Assembly: GCA_016194285.1 (NCBI GenBank)
Contig: JACQBZ010000028.1
Location: 25,320 to 89,319 of the forward strand
DNA: 64,000 nt
Direction: 5' to 3'
Source of the DNA: Nitrospirota bacterium
GTDB taxonomy: Bacteria > Nitrospirota > Nitrospiria > JACQBZ01
The translations under genes were made by a program, and so were the position numbers. Under the pieces are notes generated by a model. It did no database searches. It was given only the letters and a program-made list of their open reading frames with translations, and was not told where the DNA came from. This document shows positions 10,521 to 19,720 of the stretch, piece by piece. Within the stretch, counting starts at the first letter, position 1; each line of letters starts with the position of its first letter.

Positions 10521-10844
10521 ATGATTACCCTTACCGAGAGCGCAGCCAACGAAGTAAAACGATTAATGCAAGCACAGAATCTGACCGATGCCAACTTGAG
10601 GATGGGTGTGAAGGGCGGCGGATGTTCGGGGATGTCTTACACGCTGAACTTCGAATCCGAAACCCGTGAACAGGACCAAGTTTTCGAGGTCCATGGCGTC
10701 AAGGTCGCTATCGATCCCAAGAGCCTGCTCTATCTGGAAGGAACGACGCTGGATTTTGTGAACGGCCTTGAAGGAACAGGTTTTAAATTTGTCAACCCAA
10801 ACGCCACCAAAAGCTGCGGATGTGGGAGCTCTTTCTCGGCCTAA
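10521..10844 (+). CDS. iscA: Fe-S cluster insertion protein IscA/HesB family
   Basis: 107 aa with GGGCSGMSY...CGCGSSF. Confidence 0.9.
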   Translation: MITLTESAANEVKRLMQAQNLTDANLRMGVKGGGCSGMSYTLNFESETREQDQVFEVHGVKVAIDPKSLLYLEGTTLDFVNGLEGTGFKFVNPNATKSCGCGSSFSA

Positions 10845-10889
10845 CCATGGTCGGCAATTCAACCTTTGGATCGGCAGGGATAAAGAGCT

Positions 10890-11600
10890 GTGTCGGATGA
10901 AAAGGATTTGCTCGCAAGAAGCCTATGCTGGAATTGTCACTCGGAACTGGGAGGTGAGTACTTTTGCGACCATTGCATTAAGATTCAGCCTGCTCCGTCC
11001 CAGCTCGATTATTTCCAGCGGTTCAGCCTTCCCCGTCATCTAACCATTAATCTTCAGGATTTAGAACGACGGTTCCACGAATTAAGTCGGAAATTCCATC
11101 CGGATCTGTTCCAACGAGGATCAGATCAGGAAAAGGCGATCAGCCTTGAAAACTCGGCCTTACTGAATACGGCCTACCGAACCCTTCGTGATCCGATTCT
11201 CCGCGTGGAATATCTCATCCGCCTCGAAGAAGGGGCGGTGAAGGATATTCCGGCCAAAGCCCCTGCCGACCTGTTAGAAGAAATATTGGAACTTCAGGAA
11301 AGTCTCGAAGAATATAAGCAGGTCGGAAAAACGGCCCCCGAGAAAAGCGCGGATCTTCGGAAAACATTGTTGGTGGAACAGAAGCGAATCGGTTCCCGGA
11401 AAATGGTTTTGGAAAAGGACCTCTTTAGTCTTTTTGAGGAATGGGATCGTTTGCAGGATCAACACCTTTTTAAACCGGATGGGCAACAAGCGCATCGGCG
11501 ATCGTTGCTGCAGCGAATGAAGGATTTACTTTCAGCCCGGGCTTATTTGAAAACCGTACTGCAGGACCTGGACGAAGGGCTTCATGATCATCATCCGTAA
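10890..11600 (+). CDS. hscB: Co-chaperone HscB (J-domain)
   Basis: J-domain-like ...LERRFHELSRKFHPDLF.. and a position between iscA and hscA. It has an N-terminal CxxC..C..C zinc-finger-like extension. Confidence 0.8.
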   Translation: MSDEKDLLARSLCWNCHSELGGEYFCDHCIKIQPAPSQLDYFQRFSLPRHLTINLQDLERRFHELSRKFHPDLFQRGSDQEKAISLENSALLNTAYRTLRDPILRVEYLIRLEEGAVKDIPAKAPADLLEEILELQESLEEYKQVGKTAPEKSADLRKTLLVEQKRIGSRKMVLEKDLFSLFEEWDRLQDQHLFKPDGQQAHRRSLLQRMKDLLSARAYLKTVLQDLDEGLHDHHP

Positions 11601-11612
11601 AGGTGAACACCG

Positions 11613-13436
11613 ATGTCAAAGATAGTGGGAATCGATCTCGGCACGACCAACAGTCTTGTCGCGTACATGGACGGTAAAGAGCCAAAGGTCATTGCGGACC
11701 GCGAGGGCCGGACGCTCGTCCCGTCCGTGATTTCGGTCGACGAGCAAGGTTGGATTGTCGGGGCGCGGGCCCAACGACGATTGATGACCCATCCGCAATC
11801 GACGGTTTATTCGGTCAAGCGTTTGATGGGAAAAGGGCTTGCCGATGCTCAAGAAGAGCGCAAGTACTTTCCCGTCTCTCTGACCGAGAAGCAGCCCGGA
11901 ATCATTCAGGTCGAATTGGGCCCATACCGATTGACCCCGCCCGAGTTATCGGCGCTCATTCTTAAGGAAGTCAAACACCGCGCGGAGGAATTTCTAGAGA
12001 CGACAGTCACACAAGCCGTCATCACGGTGCCGGCCTATTTCAATGACAGTCAGCGACAGGCGACCAAGGATGCGGGACGGATCGCCGGGTTGGATGTCTT
12101 GCGTATTGTGAACGAACCCACGGCGGCCTGCTTGGCCTACGGTCTCCAGAAAAAAAAGCAGGGTGTGATTGCGGTTTACGATTTGGGGGGCGGGACCTTT
12201 GATATCTCCATCCTGAAAGTCAAGGAAGGGATCTTTGAAGTTCTGGCCACCAATGGAAACACTCATTTGGGCGGGGATGACCTTGACCAACGGCTTATGG
12301 AACTGGTCCTGCAAGAAATCCGGGTTGAATTCGGACAGGATCTCCAAAGGGATGTGGAAGCGGTTCAGCAAATTCGCTTGGGGATGGAGAAAGCCAAGCG
12401 GCAACTGTCGACCGAAGAAGTGACCGAAGTTGTGATACCGCTAAAACAAGGGGTTGTTTATCGCCGCTCGCTTAAACGGGGTGAGCTCGAGTCCCGGGTC
12501 AGGGATCTGATCGATTTAACCATCGGCCCGTGTCGGCAGGCTCTGGAAGATGCGCATTTGTCGTTGAAAGATGTCGACGAAGTTGTTTTAGTGGGCGGCG
12601 CAACGCGCATGCCGTTGGTGCATCGATTGGTTCAGGAATTTTTTCAAAAAGCGCCCCACTCTGAACTGAATCCGGATGAAGTGGTCGCCTTGGGTGCCGC
12701 GGTCCAGGCCGATATCCTGGCGGGTGGCATTCAGAACATGCTCTTGTTGGACGTGACGCCCTTGTCGCTTGGCATCGAGACCATGGGGGGCGTAATGAGC
12801 GTGCTGATTCCGCGCAACAGTACGATCCCGACCAACGCCAAGGAACTTTTCACGACGTTCGTCGACGGTCAGCGTTCCGTGGACGTCCATGTCTACCAAG
12901 GGGAACGGGAGTTGGTGCAGGATAATCGCAGCCTCGCGAGATTCCAGCTCAAAGATCTCGATCCCCTGCCGGCGGGCCTGCCGCGGATCGAGGTCCATTT
13001 TACGATCGATGCGAATGGAATTCTTCACGTGAGCGCGAAGGATCTGCGCAGCGGCCGGGATCAGACGATCGAGGTGAAACCCTCCTACGGGCTCAGCGAC
13101 GACGAGGTCGCGCGGATGATCGAGGAGTCCTTCAAGTTTGCCAAAAGCGATATGGAAGCCCGATTGTTAATCGAAGCTCGGAACGAGGCCGCGACGATTC
13201 TCCGTCATACTGAACGGGCTTTAAAACAAGGGGAGCCACTGATCGCTTTGGACGAGCGAGATCGCATCCGAGACCGGATCACGGCGCTTAAGAAGGCCAC
13301 GGAAGGCGATGACCACCGTTTGATCCGCGAGAGGATCGAACAACTGGACAAGATCACGGTTCATCTGGCCGAATGTTTAATGGATTCGACCTTGCAGAGC
13401 GGTTTAAAAGATAAAAAACTTTCGGAACTGCCCTGA
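11613..13436 (+). CDS. hscA: Fe-S protein assembly chaperone HscA (Hsp70 family)
   Basis: [13 protein letters not shown]...DLGGGTFD.S are Hsp70 signatures. Confidence 0.95.
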   Translation: MSKIVGIDLGTTNSLVAYMDGKEPKVIADREGRTLVPSVISVDEQGWIVGARAQRRLMTHPQSTVYSVKRLMGKGLADAQEERKYFPVSLTEKQPGIIQVELGPYRLTPPELSALILKEVKHRAEEFLETTVTQAVITVPAYFNDSQRQATKDAGRIAGLDVLRIVNEPTAACLAYGLQKKKQGVIAVYDLGGGTFDISILKVKEGIFEVLATNGNTHLGGDDLDQRLMELVLQEIRVEFGQDLQRDVEAVQQIRLGMEKAKRQLSTEEVTEVVIPLKQGVVYRRSLKRGELESRVRDLIDLTIGPCRQALEDAHLSLKDVDEVVLVGGATRMPLVHRLVQEFFQKAPHSELNPDEVVALGAAVQADILAGGIQNMLLLDVTPLSLGIETMGGVMSVLIPRNSTIPTNAKELFTTFVDGQRSVDVHVYQGERELVQDNRSLARFQLKDLDPLPAGLPRIEVHFTIDANGILHVSAKDLRSGRDQTIEVKPSYGLSDDEVARMIEESFKFAKSDMEARLLIEARNEAATILRHTERALKQGEPLIALDERDRIRDRITALKKATEGDDHRLIRERIEQLDKITVHLAECLMDSTLQSGLKDKKLSELP

Positions 13437-13464
13437 ACCGGTCGAAAAACAGGAAAGATTTTCT

Positions 13465-13869
13465 ATGGAAACAAAAGTCGGGGATGTTTTGCAGAACAGC
13501 AAGACCGCCGCGGAAGGGAACGGCGTCAAAAAGAAATACAAGGTGACCTTCCTGCCGATGAATGTGACGGTGGAAGTGGATGAATCGCAGTTCCCGTTGC
13601 AGCACGACGGCAAACCGGGTTCTCTCCTGGACATCGCATTGGCTCATGGGCTTAAGATGGGCCACAACTGCGGCGGAAACTGCGCCTGCACCACCTGCCA
13701 TGTCGTTGTGAAGCAGGGCCTGGAGAACCTCTCTCCCATGCAGCAAGACGAAGAGGACCGTCTGGATATCGCCGAGGGTCTGACCCTGTCTTCACGATTG
13801 GGCTGCCAGGCGGTTGTCAAAGGCGACGTCGTCGCGGAAATCATGGAAGAGGGCGAAGCCGGTCATTAA
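13465..13869 (+). CDS. fdx: [2Fe-2S] ferredoxin of the isc operon (Fdx)
   Basis: CGGNCACTTCHVVV...C adrenodoxin-type motif. The true start may be internal. Confidence 0.85.
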   Translation: METKVGDVLQNSKTAAEGNGVKKKYKVTFLPMNVTVEVDESQFPLQHDGKPGSLLDIALAHGLKMGHNCGGNCACTTCHVVVKQGLENLSPMQQDEEDRLDIAEGLTLSSRLGCQAVVKGDVVAEIMEEGEAGH

Positions 13870-13886
13870 CGCCGAAAGGATCAGTC

Positions 13887-14099
13887 ATGGAGTTGGATTG
13901 GCAGGACGCGGAAGAGATCGCGTTGCGATTGTTTGACCGATACCCGGATCTGGATCCCCTGACGGTGCGATTTACCCAGATGCATCAATGGGTGACGGAA
14001 CTGTCCGAGTTCAAAGGCGATCCCAAAGCCTCCAATGAAAAAATACTGGAGTCGATTCAAATAGCCTGGTACGAAGAATACAAAGCGGCCCACGAATAG
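13887..14099 (+). CDS. iscX: Fe-S assembly protein IscX (YfhJ)
   Basis: 70-aa acidic protein MELDWQDAEEIALRLFDRYPDLDPLTVRFT... typical of IscX. Confidence 0.85.
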   Translation: MELDWQDAEEIALRLFDRYPDLDPLTVRFTQMHQWVTELSEFKGDPKASNEKILESIQIAWYEEYKAAHE

Positions 14100-14106
14100 G
14101 CAAGGG

Positions 14107-14370
14107 TTACCAAACAACCACGGAATGAGAAGAGAGAATGAGATCGAGCATTTTTTCGTAATGGATCGATTCAAATTCCGAAGCAATTCCTCTCTTTTGA
14201 GCATCTTCTTCCAGAACATAGATCTTGACCGGTAGATCCGGGTGCAAACGAACCGCTTCTTGAATCAGAAGGACAGACAGGTCTCGGTCGGGTCCGTTCG
14301 CTTCTTTGGAAATGGCCGCCAGGGCTTCCGTGGGGTTGTCGTCTTTGAGAATATGAAAGATACGGACCAT
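14107..14370 (-). CDS. DsrH/TusB family sulfur-relay protein
   Basis: 87 aa, last gene of a three-gene dsrEFH/tusDCB-like operon. Confidence 0.6.
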   Translation of the reverse strand: MVRIFHILKDDNPTEALAAISKEANGPDRDLSVLLIQEAVRLHPDLPVKIYVLEEDAQKRGIASEFESIHYEKMLDLILSSHSVVVW

Positions 14371-14382
14371 TCCTCTCCTCGA

Positions 14383-14730
14383 TCAAAAGATAAAAAATCG
14401 GCCGGCCCGTTGAACCAGATCGGCAATTTGATCAAACGAAACGGTCTGGATTGTATAGTCCGATCCCTCCGGCAGATGGGCCTTTAATGCGTTTTCCTCG
14501 ATAAAGAAGGTCTGGCCCAACTCTTTGAAGGTGGGGAGATATTTCTGGAGGATGTCGCCGTCGATGAGATCTTCGGTGTCATCGGACAGCAGGAGCGGGG
14601 CCTGGTTGAGAAGCACGACCGCCACGGCGTGTTCGCCGCTGACGAAGCCCAGAGCGATTCGGATGGCCTCAACTGGTCGATGGCTTTCGAGAGGGTTGCT
14701 TTTAATCAGGACCAGAATGGTATCGGCCAT
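14383..14730 (-). CDS. DsrF/TusC family sulfur-relay protein
   Basis: 115 aa with a DsrE/DsrF-like fold signature (IKSNPLES...AIRIALGF). Confidence 0.6.
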   Translation of the reverse strand: MADTILVLIKSNPLESHRPVEAIRIALGFVSGEHAVAVVLLNQAPLLLSDDTEDLIDGDILQKYLPTFKELGQTFFIEENALKAHLPEGSDYTIQTVSFDQIADLVQRAGRFFIF

Positions 14731-14738
14731 GGAAGGGA

Positions 14739-15059
14739 TCAGTTAAAGGAAATAAATTGGTCACAGCCCTTGACCAGATCGGATAGAACCACCAGGCCAC
14801 ACGGGGTGGCTTTACCGCTCAGTGGAACATGGTGGTGTTCCGCCCCGTAAGCGCAAACGAATAATTTCAATCCTTGTTCGGTTAACGCGTTCAATCGGGG
14901 ATGGTCCATTGCCAGAGTTCCTTGATCGATCAGATACAAATAGACCTGACATTTGGCGGCTATCGCGGTTTCAGTCAGGCGAATTACGGTTTCGAGGTTG
15001 GGGTGTTGTGGAGGTGTCGACAGAAGAAGGCCAAGTTTCTTTTTTTCATGAGTCAACAC
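14739..15059 (-). CDS. DsrE/TusD family sulfur-relay protein
   Basis: 106 aa with ...FVCAYGAEHH... Cys-containing motif; first gene of the triplet. Confidence 0.6.
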   Translation of the reverse strand: MLTHEKKKLGLLLSTPPQHPNLETVIRLTETAIAAKCQVYLYLIDQGTLAMDHPRLNALTEQGLKLFVCAYGAEHHHVPLSGKATPCGLVVLSDLVKGCDQFISFN

Positions 15060-15186
15060 AACCCTACTCTAACACCCACTTCTTCGATTTGTCAATTTGT
15101 AAGGGATCACTGGGTAGATACCCACGGGCAACATGAGTTTATCCAATCGTTGCTCACCTGTAATCCACAGCCTCCCCCCAAGCAAT

Positions 15187-15242
15187 GCACAATATATGGG
15201 TGGGTAAGCAAGTTATATGCCCTCTATATTGTGCATTTTTTT
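15187..15242. terminator. Palindromic hairpin (GCACAATATA...TATATTGTGC) followed by T7
   Basis: 10-bp perfect inverted repeat at 15187-15196 / 15225-15234, then ttttttt at 15236-15242. Confidence 0.45.
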
Positions 15243-15243
15243 C

Positions 15244-15272
15244 TTGACATGCATTTGGAAAATTGATATATC
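15244..15272 (+). promoter_or_regulatory. sigma70-like promoter TTGACA-17-TATATC upstream of small ORF + nrdJ
   Basis: ttgaca at 15244-15249 and tatatc at 15267-15272. Confidence 0.45.
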
Positions 15273-15469
15273 ACATGACACATTTTCTACAATTCTGGTT
15301 CAATATTGTACCAAACGTCGTAAAAGCATTTCAGGCGGGTTCTGCAATTCTCAAGAAATCCGGTCAGGATCTAAAACATGCAACGGATTACCTTGTTATC
15401 CATCATCGGACCGGTTCCGAAAAGTAGGGGCGAGCGGGGTTCGTTCCACATTCTATCTAAGGAGGTTAA

Positions 15470-15727
15470 ATGACTCCAAGGCATATTTATGATGCGGAAG
15501 GGTATTGGGTGGCGTTTGTGGTGGGCACAGAGGTGTTTTTACGGGGCGGAGAATGGCTCGGCCGGCTGTCCGATCATCATGAGATCCGCGATCAGGACGG
15601 ACAGCTTCAGGGCTTCATGGATGATGACGGCCGACTGTTGATACTTGAATCCGAATCGGTTCGGATGAACGTCCCGGTACGGGTTACCTCGCGTGAAGCG
15701 GAGCGAGGCACGGAGAAAGTCCGATAA
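15470..15727 (+). CDS. Small hypothetical protein, possibly a 4-fold beta-flower-like domain
   Basis: Strong SD (taaggaggttaaATG). Repeated Y/W..G..V..G units (IYDAEGYWVAFVVGTEVFLRGGEWLGRL...DGQLQGFMDDDGRLL). Confidence 0.45.
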   Translation: MTPRHIYDAEGYWVAFVVGTEVFLRGGEWLGRLSDHHEIRDQDGQLQGFMDDDGRLLILESESVRMNVPVRVTSREAERGTEKVR

Positions 15728-15789
15728 GCAATCCTTATCACATCAAGGGATCTGGTCGAGTGGGAGATCAAAGGATAAAGGAGGATTCT

Positions 15790-18159
15790 ATGGAGATCGA
15801 AAAGAACGTCGATCATGCAAAAACGCATGGCTTCTCTCGACTCTCCAAACACTTCCCAATCACCAATCTGCGCGAGGGTCAATCCCCTGACCCGCAGACC
15901 CTCTGGGAAAGACGTGGCCAATGGACCCCCAATGCCTTAAAGGTGATGGAGGAAAGATACCTTCGGAAGGAGAACGGCCAGCTTCAAGAAACCGCCGAAG
16001 CCATGTTCAAACGGGTTGCCATGGCGATTGCGAAGGCCGAAAGCCATTGGGGGGCATCCACCCCGGAGGTGGAGGGGGTGGCCGCGCAATTTTATGATCG
16101 GATGATCCGGGGGCAGTTCATGCCGAACAGCCCAACCTTGATGAACGCGGGCAAGGAAAACGGGCTTCAGTATTCGGCCTGCTATGTCCTTCCGATCGAA
16201 GACTCGATCCGGGGCATCTTCGATGCAATCAAAAATGCCGCCGTGATTCACCAGTCGGGCGGCGGAACCGGCTTTTCATTCTCTCGGTTGCGGGCCAAAG
16301 GATCCTTGGTTTCCACCACCCAGGGCGAGGCCAGTGGGCCGGTCAGTTTTCTGAAGGTATTCGACGCCGCCACGAATTCCATCAAGCAAGGCGGCACCCG
16401 TCGGGGGGCCAACATGGCCATTCTCAATTACAACCATCCCGACATCATGGAGTTTGTGCTCTGCAAACGCAAACGGCAGATCACGAATTTCAATATCTCC
16501 GTGGCCGTGACCGAAGAATTCATGCAGGCGGTTTCGACGGGAAAAGAATACAACCTGATCTCGCCCCATACGGGGAAAGCCGTGGGCCGGCTCAATGCCC
16601 GCGAAGTCTTCGATGAGATCGTGGAATCGGCTTGGCAGACCGGCGATCCGGGGCTGGTCTTCATCGATCGCATGAATCAGGGACCGTCCAACCCCGTGCC
16701 CAAGATGGGTCCCGTCGAAGCCACGAATCCGTGCGGGGAGCAACCGCTCTACCCCAATGAGGCCTGCAATCTGGGATCCTTGAACCTCCTTTCTTTCGTC
16801 AACAGGAAAACCGGGAAATGGGGGATGGACTGGGAGGAGTTGGAGCAGGCCGTCCGAGTGACGGTCCGGTTTCTGGACGACGTGATCGAGGTCAATCCGT
16901 ACCCGTTGCCGGAGATCGATGCCGCCGTCAAGGCCAATCGTCGCATCGGTCTGGGCGTGATGGGTTGGGCCCATCTTCTTTTCCGTTTGGGAATTCCCTA
17001 TCACAGTGAGGAGGCCTTGGCGCTGGGCCGGAAGATCATGGGCTTCATCAATTCGGTCGGCCATCACGAGTCCGAAAACCTGGCCGAAGTGCGGGGGCCC
17101 TTTCCCAATTGGTCGGATAGCATCTACCGGAATAGCCGTCCTCTTCGGAATTCCACCGTGACCACCATCGCCCCGACCGGGACGATCAGCATCATCGCGG
17201 GCTGTTCATCGGGAATTGAGCCGGTTTTCGCGCTGGCGTTCCGTCACGTTTCCGGAGAAAGAAAACTGACCTTCGTGGACCCCGTCTTTGAGACCATCGC
17301 CCAGGAACGGGGTTTCTACAGCCCGGCCCTGATGGACCGAATCAGCGAGCAGGGAAACATCGACGGCATCGAGGAGGTGCACGCGGATCTGCGCGACGTG
17401 TTTCAGGCCTCGCACCAGATCTCGCCCGAATGGCATATCCGGATGCAGGGGGCGTTTCAGGAGTATACGGACAACGCCGTTTCCAAAACGATCAACCTGG
17501 CCAACTCCGCGGCGCGCGATGACGTGAAAAAAGCGTACCAGTTGGCGTATCAAGTCGGTTGCTTAGGAATCACCGTTTTCCGGGACGGTTGTCTGGAAGA
17601 ACAGGTTTTGAACGTCGGCACGTCGGCCAAACCCAAGACGGTATCCGCGGCCGCGTCGGCCGGGGAGGAAGTAAAAAAAGTCAAACCCCGTCCTTACAAG
17701 CGGGTCGGCGTCACCTTGAGCAAGGAGACGCCGTTAGGAACGGTGCACATCACGATGAACAACGATGAAGAGGGACCGGCCGAGGTGTTTATGACGATCG
17801 GAAAAGCCGGAAGCGACATCATGGCGATGGCCGAATCATTGGGGCGGTCGATTTCGCTCTATCTGCGCACGCCTTCTTACCTCTCGCGCTATGAAAAAGT
17901 TCAAGAGGAGGCGGAGCAGCTGCGCGGCATCGGGGGCGCGCGGTCGGTCGGGTTCGGGGAGGCCCGCGTCTCTTCACTGGCGGACGCCATCGCCCGTGCG
18001 ATGGAAGAGCATTGGCTCAAGTCGCCGAACAGCGGCAACGGTCACGGGAAGAGCGGAAGTTTCCGCCTCACCGGAAACCTCTGTCCGAAATGCGGTGTCC
18101 AGATGGCCCGGGAGGAAGGCTGCCAGAAATGCTACTCCTGCGGTTATTCGGAATGCTGA
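15790..18159 (+). CDS. nrdJ: Class II (adenosylcobalamin-dependent) ribonucleoside-diphosphate reductase NrdJ with C-terminal Zn-ribbon
   Basis: NPCGEQPLYPNEACNLGSLNL active-site region. C-terminal CPKCG...CQKCYSCGYSEC. SD aaaggagg before ATG 15790. Confidence 0.9.
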   Translation: MEIEKNVDHAKTHGFSRLSKHFPITNLREGQSPDPQTLWERRGQWTPNALKVMEERYLRKENGQLQETAEAMFKRVAMAIAKAESHWGASTPEVEGVAAQFYDRMIRGQFMPNSPTLMNAGKENGLQYSACYVLPIEDSIRGIFDAIKNAAVIHQSGGGTGFSFSRLRAKGSLVSTTQGEASGPVSFLKVFDAATNSIKQGGTRRGANMAILNYNHPDIMEFVLCKRKRQITNFNISVAVTEEFMQAVSTGKEYNLISPHTGKAVGRLNAREVFDEIVESAWQTGDPGLVFIDRMNQGPSNPVPKMGPVEATNPCGEQPLYPNEACNLGSLNLLSFVNRKTGKWGMDWEELEQAVRVTVRFLDDVIEVNPYPLPEIDAAVKANRRIGLGVMGWAHLLFRLGIPYHSEEALALGRKIMGFINSVGHHESENLAEVRGPFPNWSDSIYRNSRPLRNSTVTTIAPTGTISIIAGCSSGIEPVFALAFRHVSGERKLTFVDPVFETIAQERGFYSPALMDRISEQGNIDGIEEVHADLRDVFQASHQISPEWHIRMQGAFQEYTDNAVSKTINLANSAARDDVKKAYQLAYQVGCLGITVFRDGCLEEQVLNVGTSAKPKTVSAAASAGEEVKKVKPRPYKRVGVTLSKETPLGTVHITMNNDEEGPAEVFMTIGKAGSDIMAMAESLGRSISLYLRTPSYLSRYEKVQEEAEQLRGIGGARSVGFGEARVSSLADAIARAMEEHWLKSPNSGNGHGKSGSFRLTGNLCPKCGVQMAREEGCQKCYSCGYSEC

Positions 18160-18190
18160 TCGGGGGCTCAAGATTTCTGCTCGTCGGCGG

Positions 18191-19069
18191 CTGAATCTTT
18201 TCGTCATCGGCGTATGGGTGAGCTTGGGTGGCTTGGCCGTAGCGCAGTCGCCATGCCTCGGCTTGGAGGATTGTCTGAAGGACCTGAAATCGCCGGACGC
18301 CTCCAAGAAGTCCGGCGCCATTTTTATGCTGGGAACCTTGAAAGATAAACGGGCCACGCCGGCACTCGTGGAGCTCTTAAAAGAAGAACGCGATTTCGAG
18401 GTCCGTTCGTCGGCCGTCAAGGCCGTCGGTGCCCTTCATGATCCGAGGGCGGTGCCGGTCTTAGCGGGCCTTTTGGATGACAAGGGTCTACAGCAGGACG
18501 CGGCCGATGCGTTGGTGAAGATCGCGGATAAGTCGGCGGTAGAGGCTCTTATTCAGGGTCTCAAGCATCCCGAAATCCAAGTCGCGGCCGTGCGGGGACT
18601 GGGCGAAATTGCGGCTCCTTCCGCAAAGCCGGCGTTGACGGCGTTGTGGCGTCAGACCGACAACGAGCGTGTGCGGGGTCTGAGCGTCTTGGCCATTCAA
18701 AGGATCAATTCGATCTGGGGCCCCACCGAAGAGGAGATGGGGATTCCACGTTATCCCAAGTCCGAATTTATGCCGAACGCCCGGGGGGAATGGATTTTTG
18801 TTTCAGAGGATCCACTGCCAAAGGTATCCGATTTCTTCAAAAAGCACCTCAAGAAAGAGCCGTTGACCTTTCAGGGTTTCAAGGAAAGGTACGAGAACGA
18901 AATTGGCGAGGACAAAGAGGGCATTCCTCCCAATCAACCAAACCTGATCTTCGTGGCTGAGGAGCAAAAATTCCAGGGAAGGAACTATCCGGCGAAGCTG
19001 ATTTTTCTCCAAGCGAATAAGAGCGAGACCGAGATCAAGATCTTCAAAGCCATCGGAGGGCCGGATTGA
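18191..19069 (+). CDS. Secreted HEAT/PBS-lyase repeat protein (start codon uncertain)
   Basis: The signal-peptide-like RRRLNLFVIGVWVSLGGLAVAQS is followed by repeated ...DPRAVPVLAGLLDD..., ...AAVRGLGEI... HEAT units. The upstream part of track ORF 17891.. overlaps nrdJ and is rejected. Confidence 0.55.
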   Translation: MNLFVIGVWVSLGGLAVAQSPCLGLEDCLKDLKSPDASKKSGAIFMLGTLKDKRATPALVELLKEERDFEVRSSAVKAVGALHDPRAVPVLAGLLDDKGLQQDAADALVKIADKSAVEALIQGLKHPEIQVAAVRGLGEIAAPSAKPALTALWRQTDNERVRGLSVLAIQRINSIWGPTEEEMGIPRYPKSEFMPNARGEWIFVSEDPLPKVSDFFKKHLKKEPLTFQGFKERYENEIGEDKEGIPPNQPNLIFVAEEQKFQGRNYPAKLIFLQANKSETEIKIFKAIGGPD

Positions 19070-19092
19070 GTCCGGAAAATGCCGATTCTCTC

Positions 19093-19121
19093 TTGACATT
19101 GCCGATGCCGATTGGTAGTAT
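19093..19121 (+). promoter_or_regulatory. Near-consensus sigma70 promoter TTGACA-17-TAGTAT
   Basis: ttgaca at 19093-19098, 17-nt spacer, tagtat at 19116-19121. Confidence 0.5.
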
Positions 19122-19127
19122 TTTCAA

Positions 19128-19287
19128 GTTTATTTTTCCTATGCAATAAGACGAACCTCATTTCATACGTAGCTGTTCTGTTCATTGACGGTCGGATGAG
19201 CCCCGACCGTGGAAAGTGAGCTGACCCAGCTATCTTGCCCGGGATTCTGCTATGAATCCTGAGGCGGATACCTGGGTCATTTTTTTG
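19128..19287 (+). ncRNA. Candidate ~160-nt small RNA or 5' leader, bounded by a promoter and an intrinsic terminator
   Basis: Promoter at 19093-19121. Internal hairpins (GUCGGAUGAGCCCCGAC; GGAUUCugcuauGAAUCC). The terminal stem GACCCAG.../CUGGGUC (19224-19278) is followed by T7 (19280-19286). Confidence 0.35.
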
Positions 19288-19369
19288 TGGCGGCAACCTT
19301 ATTCATCGGAGTAGACTGGAATAATGTAAACGAGGGACAGCATCCTCAAAACGGAAAAAGGATCAGACG

Positions 19370-19717
19370 ATGAACCACAAAGCGGAAACGTTCATCTTCG
19401 GAGGACAGGCCCGACTGCCCAAAGAGCTCTCGGCCGTTGAGGTGTTTCAGGTGATTGCGCATGTGGAGGTGCCGACCGGAAAGGTGGTGGAGGTCGATTT
19501 CATGCCCTGTCCGCCGTTAATCATGGGTATGCTGAAACAGATGATGGTCGGCATGTCGCTGCAAAGCGACGTCAATGACCTGCTCGTTCAAATCGAACAG
19601 CGGCTTTTTCATAAATCCAAAAAGGCCGTGATCACGGCGATTAAAGATCTGGTCCGGGAATACCGGGAGTATCTGTACCGGGCTTCAAAAGCCACCCATC
19701 CGTCCTCGGAAGGCTGA
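19370..19717 (+). CDS. DUF3870-like hypothetical protein
   Basis: 115-aa ORF preceded by aaaaagga; no recognisable catalytic motif. Confidence 0.5.
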   Translation: MNHKAETFIFGGQARLPKELSAVEVFQVIAHVEVPTGKVVEVDFMPCPPLIMGMLKQMMVGMSLQSDVNDLLVQIEQRLFHKSKKAVITAIKDLVREYREYLYRASKATHPSSEG

Positions 19718-19720
19718 CGT

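Noticed and set aside
15280-15470. Possible cobalamin riboswitch or NrdR box in the nrdJ leader
   Set aside because: I found no B12-box (…GCCACUG…) or tandem NrdR boxes. The region is kept only as an unexplained leader.
16276-17067. 263-aa minus-strand ORF inside nrdJ
   Set aside because: It is antisense to a highly conserved RNR coding region with no independent signals.
17891-18190. 5' extension of the HEAT-repeat ORF overlapping the nrdJ 3' end
   Set aside because: The R/S/A-rich translation is typical of an out-of-frame reading of GC-rich coding DNA. The real protein most likely starts at the signal peptide after the nrdJ stop (18159).
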